This document shows, one piece after another, positions 1-10,161 of a stretch of DNA of 64,000 nucleotides. The stretch's first letter is position 1; each line of letters starts with the position of its first letter. The notes below the pieces were generated by a model. That model was not told where the DNA came from. It did not search any database and saw nothing but the letters and a program-made list of their open reading frames with translations. The stretch comes from an uncultured Chloroflexia bacterium (lineage in GTDB: Bacteria > Chloroflexota > Limnocylindria > Limnocylindrales > CSP1-4): positions 64,001 to 128,000 of the forward strand of contig CAVVNQ010000018.1 of the NCBI GenBank assembly GCA_963749705.1, given 5' to 3'. Position numbers and translations under genes: made by a program.

Positions 1-317
1 CCGACTACCGCCGCGGGTTCGCCGAGATGGCGCGCTCGGTCCGGCCGGGCGGCAGGGTGCTGTGCCTGGAGATCGCGCGCCCGCGCAGCCGGCTGGCCCG
101 GTTCATGCGCTGGTGGTTCGACCGCATCGTCCCGGTGATCGGCCGGCTGGCCGGCCAGGGCGCCGCGTACAGCTATCTCGTGCGCAGCGTCCAGGCGTAC
201 CCGGCGCCGGAGCGGATCGCCGAGATCATGCGGGAGGCAGGGCTGGTCGACGTGACCTGGCGGGGCATGACCGGCGGCATCGTCACGCTCCACGAGGGGA
301 CCGTTCCGGGTCGCTGA
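1..317 (+). CDS. menG: UbiE/MenG-family methyltransferase, C-terminal part (5' end outside window)
   Basis: DYRRGFAEMARSVRPGGRVLCLE...YSYLVRSVQAYP...MTGGIVTLHEG matches the C-terminus of UbiE/MenG. Confidence 0.8.
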   Translation, partial: DYRRGFAEMARSVRPGGRVLCLEIARPRSRLARFMRWWFDRIVPVIGRLAGQGAAYSYLVRSVQAYPAPERIAEIMREAGLVDVTWRGMTGGIVTLHEGTVPGR

Positions 318-325
318 CCGCCGGT

Positions 326-1618
326 ATGCTCCGCCGGGTGCGCTCGCCGTTCACTCGCCTCGTCGCCGTCATTGCGCCAGCTCGGCTCGGCGGGAGCTTT
401 CGCTGGCTGTTCGCGGCGTCGCTCATCAACAACGTCGGCGATGGCGTCGTGCTCGCCGCGGGGCCACTCCTGGTTGCGTCGCAGACGCGCGACCCGTTCC
501 TCGTCTCGCTCGCGCTGTTCACGGAGTACCTGCCGGTCCTGCTGTTCGCGCTGATCGGCGGGGTCGCCGCGGACCGGTTCAACCGGCAGCGGATGGTGAT
601 CCTGGCCGACCTCGGGCGTGCGCTGGTCCTGGTAGTGCTCGTGGCGACGATCGTGACCGGGGTCGTGAGCATCGGGATCGTGCTGGCCACGCTGTTCGTG
701 CTCGGGGCTGCCGAGACGTTTGCCGACTCCGCCAGCAGCACCCTGATCCCGAGCATCGTCGCGCGTGAGGACCTGGGGATCGCGAACGCCCGGATGCAGG
801 GCGCCTTCGTGCTCGCCAACCAGCTGCTGCTGCCCCCGGTCGGCGCATTCCTGTTCGCCGTCGGACCGGCGCTGCCCTTCTCCGCCAACACCATCTGCTT
901 CGTGCTCGGAGCATTGCTGATCAGCCGCGTCGTGGTTCCCCGGGGGGCCGTCCGGATCGTTCGCACCGGCGTGCGGTCGGAGCTCGTCGAGGGCATCCGC
1001 TGGCTGCTTGGCCACCCGCCCATGCGGACGCTCGCGCTCACGATCTTTGCGTTCAACGTCACGTTCGGGGCGGCCTGGTCGGTGCTCGTGCTGTACGCGA
1101 GCGATCGGCTGGGCATGAACGAGGTCGGGTTCGGCCTGCTCACGACGGCCGTGGCGCTGGGGGGCCTGATCGGGACCGCCGCCTACGGCAGCCTCGAACG
1201 TCGCTTCTCCCTCGCCGACATCATGCGCGTCGGTCTCCTGATCGAGACGTTCACGCACCTGTCGCTGGCGCTCACGACATCGCCCGAGGTGGCGCTGGCC
1301 GTTCTCGTGGTGTTCGGCGCGCACGCGTTCGTGTGGGGCACGACGTCGACGGTCGTCCGCCAGCGCGCGGTACCCGACGCGGTCCTTGGCCGGGTCGGTG
1401 GCGCGTACCGGGTGGCGATCACGGGCGGCATGGTGATCGGCACGCCGATCGGCGGCCTGTTGGCCACCGTGTACGGGCTGACCGCGCCGTTCTGGTTCGG
1501 GTTCTTCGGGTCGGCGCTGCTCGTGGCGGTCCTGTGGCGCGAGTTCTCGCACATCGTCGATGCGGGCGACGACCCGCCCGCCGAATCCCCGGCCGAGGCC
1601 ACCTCCCCGGCCTCGTGA
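326..1618 (+). CDS. MFS transporter
   Basis: About 12 hydrophobic segments, motif A GGVAADRFNRQR; ATG at 326. Confidence 0.85.
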   Translation: MLRRVRSPFTRLVAVIAPARLGGSFRWLFAASLINNVGDGVVLAAGPLLVASQTRDPFLVSLALFTEYLPVLLFALIGGVAADRFNRQRMVILADLGRALVLVVLVATIVTGVVSIGIVLATLFVLGAAETFADSASSTLIPSIVAREDLGIANARMQGAFVLANQLLLPPVGAFLFAVGPALPFSANTICFVLGALLISRVVVPRGAVRIVRTGVRSELVEGIRWLLGHPPMRTLALTIFAFNVTFGAAWSVLVLYASDRLGMNEVGFGLLTTAVALGGLIGTAAYGSLERRFSLADIMRVGLLIETFTHLSLALTTSPEVALAVLVVFGAHAFVWGTTSTVVRQRAVPDAVLGRVGGAYRVAITGGMVIGTPIGGLLATVYGLTAPFWFGFFGSALLVAVLWREFSHIVDAGDDPPAESPAEATSPAS

Positions 1619-1686
1619 CAGCTCCCGACCGGGACGCTGGGGTACCATCCGAAACCCTTGCCCAAGACGACACCGCCGTCCGCGTG

Positions 1687-2649
1687 ATGGCCCTCCCGAC
1701 CGCCAACGCCACCGCCCCGACGACCCCCGGGCCGCTCATCCATGCCCGCGGGCTGACCAAGCGATTCGGAGCGTTGACCGCGGTCGACGCGATCGATTTC
1801 GACGTGGCGGCGGGCGAGAGCTTCGGGTTCCTCGGGCCCAACGGCGCGGGCAAGACGAGCGCGATGCGGATGATCGCGTGCGTGTCCCCGGTCACCGACG
1901 GCACCCTCCGGATCCTCGGCCTTGACCCCGCCGTGGACGGGCCGCGGCTGCGTGCCCGGCTGGGCGTGGTGCCCCAGCAGGACACGCTCGATACCGAGCT
2001 GTCCGTTCGCGACAACCTCGTCATCTACGGCCGCTACTTCGGGCTGTCGCGCGACGAGGCGGGCCGGCGGGCGACCGAGCTGCTCGACTTCGCCCAGCTC
2101 GGCGAGCGTGCCAACGACAAGGTGGAGCCGCTGTCGGGCGGCATGAAGCGCCGCCTGACCATCGCCCGCGCGCTGATCAACGAGCCCTCGATCCTGCTGC
2201 TCGACGAGCCGACGACCGGGCTCGACCCGCAGGCGCGGCACCTCCTGTGGGAGCGCCTGTACCGGCTCAAGCAGCGCGGCGTGACCCTGGTCCTGACCAC
2301 CCACTACATGGACGAGGCCGAGCAGCTGTGTGACCGCCTGGTGGTGATGGACAAGGCGCGCATCGCCGCGGAGGGCAGCCCACGCGAGCTGATCGACCGC
2401 TACTCGACCCGCGAGGTGACCGAGATGCGGTTCCCGGTGGGCGTCCAGGAGACGATCGGGGACCGGCTCGCCGGGCTGGGCGATCGCATCGAGCTGCTCC
2501 CCGACCGCGTGCTCGTCTACTCCGATGACGGCGAGGCCGTCGCCGCCGCGGCCCACGAGCGCGGCCTCGAGCCCGAGACGGTGCTCGTCCGTCGCAGCTC
2601 GCTCGAGGACGTGTTCCTGCGGCTGACCGGTCGGAGCCTGGTCGACTGA
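1687..2649 (+). CDS. ABC-2 exporter ATP-binding subunit (NodI/DrrA-like)
   Basis: Walker A GPNGAGKT, signature LSGGM, Walker B LLLDEPT, H-loop TTHYM. Confidence 0.9.
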   Translation: MALPTANATAPTTPGPLIHARGLTKRFGALTAVDAIDFDVAAGESFGFLGPNGAGKTSAMRMIACVSPVTDGTLRILGLDPAVDGPRLRARLGVVPQQDTLDTELSVRDNLVIYGRYFGLSRDEAGRRATELLDFAQLGERANDKVEPLSGGMKRRLTIARALINEPSILLLDEPTTGLDPQARHLLWERLYRLKQRGVTLVLTTHYMDEAEQLCDRLVVMDKARIAAEGSPRELIDRYSTREVTEMRFPVGVQETIGDRLAGLGDRIELLPDRVLVYSDDGEAVAAAAHERGLEPETVLVRRSSLEDVFLRLTGRSLVD

Positions 2650-3497
2650 TGGCCGTTGCGCAGGCGCCGGTGCGATCGATGGCGCCATCCCCGGGCGACG
2701 GCGTCCCGCGCCAGAGCGCGCTCCGCGGCGCGATGGCCGCCTACGAGCACCAGCTGCTGCTGTATCGGCGCACCTGGCGGGGCTCGATCTTCGGCAGCTT
2801 TGCGCAGCCCGTGCTGTTCCTGGTCGCGATGGGCGTCGGGCTCGGGTCGTTCGTGGACCGGGCGGGCAGCGGCGCGCTGGGCGGCGTGCCGTATCTCCAG
2901 TTCCTGGCGCCGGCCCTGCTCGCCTCGACGGTGATGCAGGGCTCGGCGTTCGAGGCCACGTTCCCGGTGCTGGGCGGGTTCCGCTGGAACCGGCGCTATC
3001 ACGCGATGTACGCGACGCCGCTGACGCCGTACGCGATCGCCTTCGGCCAGATCGCCTGGACCGCGACGCGGGCGACGATGGTGGGCTCGATCTTTGCCCT
3101 CGTGATCATCCTGTTCGGCGCTGCGCGCTCGTGGCAGATCCTGCTGGCGATCCCGGTGGGGACGCTGACCGCCCTTGCGTTCGCGGGCCCGATCGCGGCG
3201 TTCATGTCGACCCAGCGCGACACGACGGCGTTCAACGCGATCTGGCGGTTCGGGATCACGCCCCTGTTCCTGTTCTCGGGCACGTTCTTCCCGATCGAGC
3301 AGCTGCCCGAGCAGATCCGCCCGATCGCGTGGCTGCTGCCGCTGTGGCACGGCGTCGACCTCGCGCGGGCGCTGTCGCTGGGGACGGTTGGCGACAACCC
3401 CGCCATCCACGTCGCGCACGTGCTGGTCCTGGGGACGGCGGCCGTGCTCGGCGTGCTCGCGATGTTCGTCATGTTCCGACGGCAGCTCGAGCAATGA
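2649..3497 (+). CDS. ABC-2 exporter permease (NodJ-like)
   Basis: Six TM segments, YLQFLAPALLA and FLFSGTFFP; TGATG overlap with the ATPase. Confidence 0.88.
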   Translation: MAVAQAPVRSMAPSPGDGVPRQSALRGAMAAYEHQLLLYRRTWRGSIFGSFAQPVLFLVAMGVGLGSFVDRAGSGALGGVPYLQFLAPALLASTVMQGSAFEATFPVLGGFRWNRRYHAMYATPLTPYAIAFGQIAWTATRATMVGSIFALVIILFGAARSWQILLAIPVGTLTALAFAGPIAAFMSTQRDTTAFNAIWRFGITPLFLFSGTFFPIEQLPEQIRPIAWLLPLWHGVDLARALSLGTVGDNPAIHVAHVLVLGTAAVLGVLAMFVMFRRQLEQ

Positions 3498-4303
3498 CGC
3501 AGCTGGCGGCGGCGATGCGCGTGCTCCCGACGGGTCTCGGCACCCGCCGTGCGCTGCTGCTCATCGAGCGCAACGTGTACGTGTACCGGACCGGCTGGAT
3601 GATGATCTTCTCGGGCTTCTTCGAGCCGTTGTTCTACCTGCTCTCGATCGGGCTCGGGATCGGCGGCATGGTGGGCAACCTGACCGGCCCGGACGGCAAC
3701 CCGATCCCGTACGCGCTGTTCGTCGCGCCGGCGCTGCTCGCCTCGGCCTCGATGAACGGCGCGATCGCCGAGTCGACGTTCAACGTGTTCTTCAAGCTCA
3801 ACTACCAGAAGACGTACGACGCGGTGCTCGCGACGCCGCTGGGGACGGGCGATGTGGCGCTGGGCGAGATCGGTTGGGCGGTGATCCGGGCGACGCTGTA
3901 CGCGCTTGGCTTCGTGGTCGTGATCGTGGTCCTGGGTCTCGTCCGCTCGCCGTGGGTCCTGCTCGCGGTGCCCGCGGCGACGCTGCTCGCGTTCGCGTTC
4001 GCGGCGGTCGGGATGGCGGCGACGACGTTCATGCGCAGCTGGCAGGACTTCGACCTCATCCAGCTGGTCGTCCTGCCGCTGTTCCTGTTCAGCGGCACGT
4101 TCTACCCGATCTCGGCCTATCCGGACGGGCTGCGGCTGCTGATCCAGCTGACCCCCCTGTGGCAGGGCGTCGACATGATCCGCGCGCTGGTCACGGGCGT
4201 GGTCGATGCGGGGATCCTGTGGCACGTGGCCTATCTGTCGGCGATGGGGCTCGTGGGGCTGATGGTCGTGGCGCGCCGGCTCGACCGCCTGCTGCTCAAG
4301 TAG
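3494..4303 (+). CDS. ABC-2 exporter permease (second paralog)
   Basis: YALFVAPALLA and FLFSGTFYP; ATGA overlap. Confidence 0.88.
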   Translation: MTQLAAAMRVLPTGLGTRRALLLIERNVYVYRTGWMMIFSGFFEPLFYLLSIGLGIGGMVGNLTGPDGNPIPYALFVAPALLASASMNGAIAESTFNVFFKLNYQKTYDAVLATPLGTGDVALGEIGWAVIRATLYALGFVVVIVVLGLVRSPWVLLAVPAATLLAFAFAAVGMAATTFMRSWQDFDLIQLVVLPLFLFSGTFYPISAYPDGLRLLIQLTPLWQGVDMIRALVTGVVDAGILWHVAYLSAMGLVGLMVVARRLDRLLLK

Positions 4304-4413
4304 CGGCCGCGGGACCCGCTCTCGGCCGCGCTCTCGGCCGCGCGGACGGCGGCCCGCCACGCCGGCCCGATCGTGAACCCGTTGCGACCCGGGGAGTCGC
4401 TACCATCGACGGG

Positions 4414-5178
4414 GTGCCACCGTCCGATCCCTCCCGCCGCGCGCGTGCCGCCCGCGACCTCGAATCGCTCGATGCCGCCATCGTCGGCTGCCGCGCCTGC
4501 CCGCGGCTGGTCGCCTGGCGCGAGGAGCAGGCGCGGGTCAAGGTGGCCCGCTTCCGCGACGAGGACTACTGGGCGCGGCCCCTGCCCGGGTTCGGCGATC
4601 CCGGGGCGCGGATCCTGCTGGTCGGCCTCGCTCCCGCGGCGCACGGCGCCAACCGGACCGGTCGCATGTTCACCGGTGACGCCAGCGGGGACTTCCTGTG
4701 GCGGTCGCTGCACGCGATCGGGCTCGCGGACCGGCCGCAGGGCCGCCGGGCCGGCGACGGGCTGACGCTTCGCGGGATCCGGGTGACCGCCGCCGTCCGG
4801 TGCGCACCGCCGGCCAACCGGCCGACGCCCGCCGAGCAGCTCACCTGCCGTCCGTACCTCGTCCGCGAGCTGGAGCTGCTGCCGTCGGTGCGCGTGATCG
4901 TGCCGCTGGGCGCGATCGGCTGGGATGCGGCGCTGCGGTCGCTGGCGGCGCTCGGACACCCGACGCCCCGGCCGAAGCCGAGGTTCGGGCACGGGGCCGA
5001 GGCGGTCGTCGGGCCGTATGCCATCGTCGGCTCGTACCATCCCAGCCAGCAGAACACGTTCACCGGCCGCCTGACGCCGCCGATGCTGGAGGCGGTGCTC
5101 GTCCGGGCGACGGCCCTGGCCGCCCTCGACGGGCCCGCTCCGCCGCCGGCGTCCACCACCCGAGAGGCACGACCATGA
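4414..5178 (+). CDS. udgB: Uracil-DNA glycosylase, family 5 (UdgB-type, 4Fe-4S)
   Basis: CRACPRL, GLAPAAHGANRTGRMFTGD, HPSQQN motifs. Confidence 0.88.
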   Translation: MPPSDPSRRARAARDLESLDAAIVGCRACPRLVAWREEQARVKVARFRDEDYWARPLPGFGDPGARILLVGLAPAAHGANRTGRMFTGDASGDFLWRSLHAIGLADRPQGRRAGDGLTLRGIRVTAAVRCAPPANRPTPAEQLTCRPYLVRELELLPSVRVIVPLGAIGWDAALRSLAALGHPTPRPKPRFGHGAEAVVGPYAIVGSYHPSQQNTFTGRLTPPMLEAVLVRATALAALDGPAPPPASTTREARP

Positions 5179-5795
5179 CCGACCAACCGCCGCCCGGGCG
5201 CACGGTCGACGCCATCGTGTTCGATGTGGGCGAGACGCTGATCGATGAGACGGCGCTGTGGCTCCATGCCGCGGAGCTCGCGGGCGTCCCCGCGTTCACC
5301 CTGATGGGCGTGCTCGGCGGGCTGGCGGCGCGCGGCGAGCCGCACACCCGCGTCTGGGACATCCTGGGCGTCGAGCGCCCGGCGTCCACGTGGGCGCCCG
5401 CGGCGTTCTACCCGGACGCGCTGCCCTGCCTCGCGCGACTGCGCGACCAGGGCTTCATCACCGGCGCCGTGGGCAACACCCCGGTCGAGGCCGAGGCGAT
5501 GCTCCGGCCCCACGTCGACTTCGTCGGGTCCTCGGCCCGTTGGGGCGTGCACAAGCCGGCGCCCGAGTTCTTCGCCCGGATCGCGCACGAGGCGGGTGTC
5601 CCGCCCGGCCGCGTGGCCTACGTCGGCGATCGGGTCGACAACGACATCGAGCCGGCGATCGCGCTGGGGATGGTCGCGGTCCACATCCGGCGCGGACCCT
5701 GGGGGCTCCTGCACGCGCCGCCGCCCGCCGCGTTCGCGATCCGCTCACTGGACGAGCTCCCCTCGATCCTGTCCCAGGCCGCTCGCCTGCGCTGA
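5175..5795 (+). CDS. HAD-superfamily hydrolase
   Basis: FDVGETLID motif I, KP, YVGDRVDND motif IV. Confidence 0.85.
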   Translation: MTDQPPPGRTVDAIVFDVGETLIDETALWLHAAELAGVPAFTLMGVLGGLAARGEPHTRVWDILGVERPASTWAPAAFYPDALPCLARLRDQGFITGAVGNTPVEAEAMLRPHVDFVGSSARWGVHKPAPEFFARIAHEAGVPPGRVAYVGDRVDNDIEPAIALGMVAVHIRRGPWGLLHAPPPAAFAIRSLDELPSILSQAARLR

Positions 5796-5951
5796 CGCAC
5801 GCCGCCGGCCGCGACCGCCGCGCAACGCCCCGCCCGCCTCCATGGTCGGATCGGGGGTCGCGCGATGGAACTGCAAGCCCATCGGGGGTTGGGGTGGGGC
5901 TTGGCGCGACGCGCGTGCGGCGAGGATGCCGGGGTGAACCCATCAGCCCGG

Positions 5952-8900
5952 ATGGGCGTGCTCAGCTCCCATCGCCACGCCCGCCGTCGAGCGGTCTCGC
6001 TCGCCGCGGCCAGGGCGATCCGGAGGCCGGCCGTCAACCGCCGCACGCGCGGCGGATCGCGCCTGCCGCTCGCCATCGCCAGCCTGCTCGGCGTCGTCCT
6101 GCTCGTCGTGTCGGGCGGGCTCGGCGCGCTCGGGGTCACCGCCATCGCGACGGTCGGCTCGCTGTCGAGCGACCTGCCCGACCCGACTCGCCTGGCGGAC
6201 CTGACCTTCGCCCAGCCGACGATCGTGTACGACCGGACGGGCAAGGTCCAGCTGGGCCGGTTCGAGCGCGAGCAGCGCCGGGTCGTCACCTACGACGAGG
6301 TGCCCAAGACGGTCCTCGACGCCACGACGACGGCCGAGGACCGGACGTTCTGGACGAACGACGGCTTCGACCCGGCGGCGATCCTGGCGGCCATCGCCGA
6401 GAACGCATCGGGTGCGTCGGATCGCGGGGCGTCGACGATCACGCAGCAGCTGGTCCGGGCCCGCCTCCTGCCCGACGACGTCGTCGCACCCGGTGCCAAC
6501 CGCTACCTGCGCAAGGCGAAGGAGCTGATCCAGTCGGCCCGCCTGACCCAGGCGTTCCCCGGCGAGGCGGGCAAGCAACAGATCATCACCGCCTACCTCA
6601 ACGAGATCTACTACGGTCACGACGCCTACGGCATCGCCGCCGCGGCCCGGATCTACTTCGGCGTCACCGACCTGAGCAAGCTGACGCCGGCCCAGGCGGC
6701 CCTCCTCGCGGGCCTGCCCAAGTCGCCGTCCAGCTTCGACCCGTTTCGGTTCGCGCAACCCGATGCCGACGGGAAGCTGGTCGTGCCCGAGGACTCGCCG
6801 CCGGTCGTCCGCCGCGACTGGATCCTCCAGCACCTCGGGGAGTCGCGCTGGACCCGGCTGTCTCCCGCCGCGCTCAATGCGGCCCTCGCCGAGCCGGTGG
6901 TGCTCAGCCCGCCGCAGCCCCGGATCTTCAAGGCGCCCCAGTTCACGTGGCAGGTGGAGCGCCAGCTGGTCGGCATCCTGGGTGGCGTGGACAAGCTGGA
7001 GACCGGCGGCTACAAGGTCATCACGTCGCTGGACTGGAACGCCCAGCAGCTGGCGGAGAAGTGGGTCACCGCCGCGGTGATCGCGCCGAACCTCAAGAAG
7101 TCCGCCTCGGGCAAGCTGCTCAAGTCGCTCAAGATCGGCAAGGCCGACCAGGTGTGGATCAACCGGTTGCGCGGCAAGGACGTCCACAACGCCGCCCTCG
7201 TCGCCATCGACTACCGGACCGGCGACGTGGTCGCCTATGTCGGCAGCGCCGGCTACTACCGCGACGACCTGGCCTCCGCCAAGTTCGATCCCAAGTTCGA
7301 CGTCGCCGGTGACGGCTATCGGCAGCCCGGCTCGGCATGGAAGCCGATCGTCTACTCGACGGCCTTCGAGCAGCACGATCTCACGCCCGGCAGCCTGCTC
7401 CTCGACATCACCACCCAGTTCGGCAAGGACTGGACGCCGCGCGACGCCGACCGTCTCGAGCGCGGTCCGGTCCGGGTTCGCCAGGCGCTCCAGTACTCGC
7501 TGAACATCCCGGCCATCCGGGCGCTCGAGCGGACCGGCAACCAGGCCGTCGCCGACGAGGCCCGGAAGCTCGGGATCAACTTCCCGGGCGGCGGCGACCA
7601 GCGGTATCTCCAGGCCGGCCTGGCGGGGGCGATCGGGACGGTGGAGATCCGCCCGCTCGACCTCACGTCGGCCTACGGATCGCTCGCCAACGGCGGCGTC
7701 CACGTCCCGTCGCGGATGATCCTCCAGGTCATCGGGCCCGACGGCAGGGTCGTGTACCAGGCGCCGGACGCCGCCGAGACGGCCAACCAGGCGATGAGCC
7801 CCCAGGCCGCCTGGCTGACGACCGACATCCTGGCCGGCAACACCGATCCAAAGCAGAACCCGATCTGGTCCAAGGTCGTCGAGCTCAAGAACGGACCGAA
7901 GGGCAGCCGCCGGCCCGCCGCCGTGAAGACCGGGACGACGAACGACACCCGCGACCTCGCGACGTACGGCTACGTGGCCCCGCCCGAGGATCCCGCCGCG
8001 CCCGCCTACGCCGTCGGCATCTGGATGGGCAACAGCGATCACTCCCAGCCCCGCGCGGCCGAGGCCGTCATCTCGCTGCAGGGCCCGGCGCCGCTGTGGC
8101 ACGCGTTCGTCCGTGACCTGACCAAGGGCACCCCGGTCGCCAAGTTCGCGCGGCCAAAGGGCGTCGTGCAGGCCAAGATCGACGCCTGGAGCGGCGGCAA
8201 GCCCGGTCCGTGGACCCGCGCCACGGTCAAGGAATGGTTCATCGACGGCACCCAGCCGGGTGCCAAGCACGAGGTCGACCCGGCGGGCATCCTCTACACC
8301 CGCGCGTGCGGCCAGTGGGAGGTCGACCCGGTTGCCGCCGAGCTCGGGCCGAAGGCGTGGGACGCCGATGTCGCCGACTGGGCCCGCCGGGCGCGTGCTG
8401 GTACCGGTCGCGCGGGCAGCCTCGGATCCAGGACCGCGTACTTCTGGGGCGAGCGCTCCTGGGGCGGCCGGATCATCGGACCGTGCCCCAAGCCGAAGCC
8501 CAAGCCGACGCCCTCGCCGTCGCCGCACCCGGGTGGCGGCCACGGGGGCGGCGGTGGAGGCGGTGGGCGGCCACGGTGGCGGGACGCCCTCGCCGACCCC
8601 GACGCCGACCACGGCACCCGCCGCGACGCCGACCACGGCTCCGCGTCGACGACGCGTCCGTCGTTCGGGGCGTGTCCGCTAGCCGCGAGCGGTTCGGGCT
8701 ACCCCGCCGGCGGCGCGCCGATCGGCCGCCTGTCGCAGCCGGAGCAACCGGACGACGGCTGCTTCCTCGGCCGGCGACGGCTCGGACGCACCCTGGCGGG
8801 AGGACCGCGGGCGACCGGTCGTCATGCCGACGTAGCCCGCCGGCGACCGCGGCGTGGTCTCGCTGCAAGGCACCGTCGGGAGAATTCCAGGAGCAAGCCC

Positions 8901-9041
8901 GTGCTCGAGGGACGTCCCCATGCAGCAGCAACAGATGAATCGCGAGACCAGCAGCCCGCCCGACGCCCGGACCGCGGGCAGCGTGCCGGCTCCGACCGCG
9001 CCCCCCGCGCCTCCCGCACCGCCGGTCCGGCCGACCGGTGA
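5952..9041 (+). CDS. Class A penicillin-binding protein (transglycosylase/transpeptidase); tail probably frameshifted near 8565, true end about 8682
   Basis: N-terminal TM anchor; GT51 motifs EDRTF, GASTITQQL, RKAKE; transpeptidase SAWK, SLN, KTGT. Start codon uncertain. Confidence 0.9.
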   Translation: MGVLSSHRHARRRAVSLAAARAIRRPAVNRRTRGGSRLPLAIASLLGVVLLVVSGGLGALGVTAIATVGSLSSDLPDPTRLADLTFAQPTIVYDRTGKVQLGRFEREQRRVVTYDEVPKTVLDATTTAEDRTFWTNDGFDPAAILAAIAENASGASDRGASTITQQLVRARLLPDDVVAPGANRYLRKAKELIQSARLTQAFPGEAGKQQIITAYLNEIYYGHDAYGIAAAARIYFGVTDLSKLTPAQAALLAGLPKSPSSFDPFRFAQPDADGKLVVPEDSPPVVRRDWILQHLGESRWTRLSPAALNAALAEPVVLSPPQPRIFKAPQFTWQVERQLVGILGGVDKLETGGYKVITSLDWNAQQLAEKWVTAAVIAPNLKKSASGKLLKSLKIGKADQVWINRLRGKDVHNAALVAIDYRTGDVVAYVGSAGYYRDDLASAKFDPKFDVAGDGYRQPGSAWKPIVYSTAFEQHDLTPGSLLLDITTQFGKDWTPRDADRLERGPVRVRQALQYSLNIPAIRALERTGNQAVADEARKLGINFPGGGDQRYLQAGLAGAIGTVEIRPLDLTSAYGSLANGGVHVPSRMILQVIGPDGRVVYQAPDAAETANQAMSPQAAWLTTDILAGNTDPKQNPIWSKVVELKNGPKGSRRPAAVKTGTTNDTRDLATYGYVAPPEDPAAPAYAVGIWMGNSDHSQPRAAEAVISLQGPAPLWHAFVRDLTKGTPVAKFARPKGVVQAKIDAWSGGKPGPWTRATVKEWFIDGTQPGAKHEVDPAGILYTRACGQWEVDPVAAELGPKAWDADVADWARRARAGTGRAGSLGSRTAYFWGERSWGGRIIGPCPKPKPKPTPSPSPHPGGGHGGGGGGGGRPRWRDALADPDADHGTRRDADHGSASTTRPSFGACPLAASGSGYPAGGAPIGRLSQPEQPDDGCFLGRRRLGRTLAGGPRATGRHADVARRRPRRGLAARHRRENSRSKPVLEGRPHAAATDESRDQQPARRPDRGQRAGSDRAPRASRTAGPADR

Positions 9042-10161
9042 TGTGCCCGCACCGCCGGTCCCGCCGGCACACGATGCGCCTGCACCGCCGACACCGCCGG
9101 GCGATGAGCCCACAACCCTCGCTCCGCCGCCGGCCGAGCCCCCGGCAACCGGCATCGCGCCCGCCCCGGGCGCCAGCGAGACGAATTCCGCGATCGTCGT
9201 CCAGGACGTGACCAAGCGCTTCAACGGGTTCGTCGCGGTCGCCGGCATGTCCCTGACCGTGCGACCCGGCACGATCCTCGGCGTCATCGGGCCCTCGGGC
9301 TCGGGCAAGACGACGACCCTGCGGATGATGACCGGCAGCGCCGCGCCGACGAGTGGGCGCGTCCGCGTCCTGGGCGAGGACCCCCGCCACTTCCGGCGGG
9401 CGACCCGCGAGCGGATCGGCTACATGCCCCAGCATTTCGTGCTCTATCCCGACCTGACGGTGAGCGAGAACGTCGACTTCGTCGGCAGCCTGTTCGGCCT
9501 GCTCTGGCTGCGCCGCCGCCGGCGTGTCCGCCAGGTCCTCGAGCTGGTCGACCTGTGGTCCGTCCGGAAGCGCCGTGCGTCCGCCCTGTCGGGCGGCATG
9601 CAGCGCCGTCTCGGGCTGGCCTGCGCGCTGGTCCACGACCCGTCGATGGTCATCCTCGACGAGCCAACCGGCGGCCTCGACCCGCTGCTCCGGCTGGCCA
9701 TCTGGGAGGAGCTCCACCGTCTGAAGGACGCCGGCCGCACGCTCGTCGTCACGACCCAGTACATGGGCGAGGCAGCGGAGTGCGACATGGTGGCCCTGAT
9801 CAGCGAGGGTCGCCTGATCGCCCTGTCCTCGCCGGACGACCTCCGACGCGAAGCCCTCGGCGGCGAGGTCGTCGAGATGGAGACCACGGCGCCGTTCGAC
9901 GGTCGACTCCTCGAGGTCCTGCCCGAGGTCACGTTCGTGCGCCAGACCGGCCCCCGGAACCTGCTGGTCACGGTGGTCGACGCCGCCTCGGCCACCACCG
10001 CGGTGCTGGACGAGGTCGAGGCGAATGGTGGCGACGTCAGGGGCGTCCGCGAATACCGGCCAACGTTCGACGACGTGTTCGCCGCCCTCGTCGGCCGTCA
10101 CCGGGCAGCGCTCAACGGCGATGCCAATCCGGCCGCCGCCGAGCGCGAGGTGGCCGCCTGA
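8920..10161 (+). CDS. ABC transporter ATP-binding protein with Pro-rich N-terminal extension
   Basis: GPSGSGKT, LSGGM, ILDEPT; GAGGG upstream of ATG 8920. Confidence 0.87.
   Translation: MQQQQMNRETSSPPDARTAGSVPAPTAPPAPPAPPVRPTGDVPAPPVPPAHDAPAPPTPPGDEPTTLAPPPAEPPATGIAPAPGASETNSAIVVQDVTKRFNGFVAVAGMSLTVRPGTILGVIGPSGSGKTTTLRMMTGSAAPTSGRVRVLGEDPRHFRRATRERIGYMPQHFVLYPDLTVSENVDFVGSLFGLLWLRRRRRVRQVLELVDLWSVRKRRASALSGGMQRRLGLACALVHDPSMVILDEPTGGLDPLLRLAIWEELHRLKDAGRTLVVTTQYMGEAAECDMVALISEGRLIALSSPDDLRREALGGEVVEMETTAPFDGRLLEVLPEVTFVRQTGPRNLLVTVVDAASATTAVLDEVEANGGDVRGVREYRPTFDDVFAALVGRHRAALNGDANPAAAEREVAA

Noticed and set aside
1687-4303. Nod-factor export (nodIJ)
   Set aside because: Family resemblance only; no nod biosynthesis genes, and this ABC-2 type is widespread.
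4318-4341. 12-bp tandem duplication GCTCTCGGCCGC
   Set aside because: Only two copies in an intergenic spacer; consistent with simple slippage.
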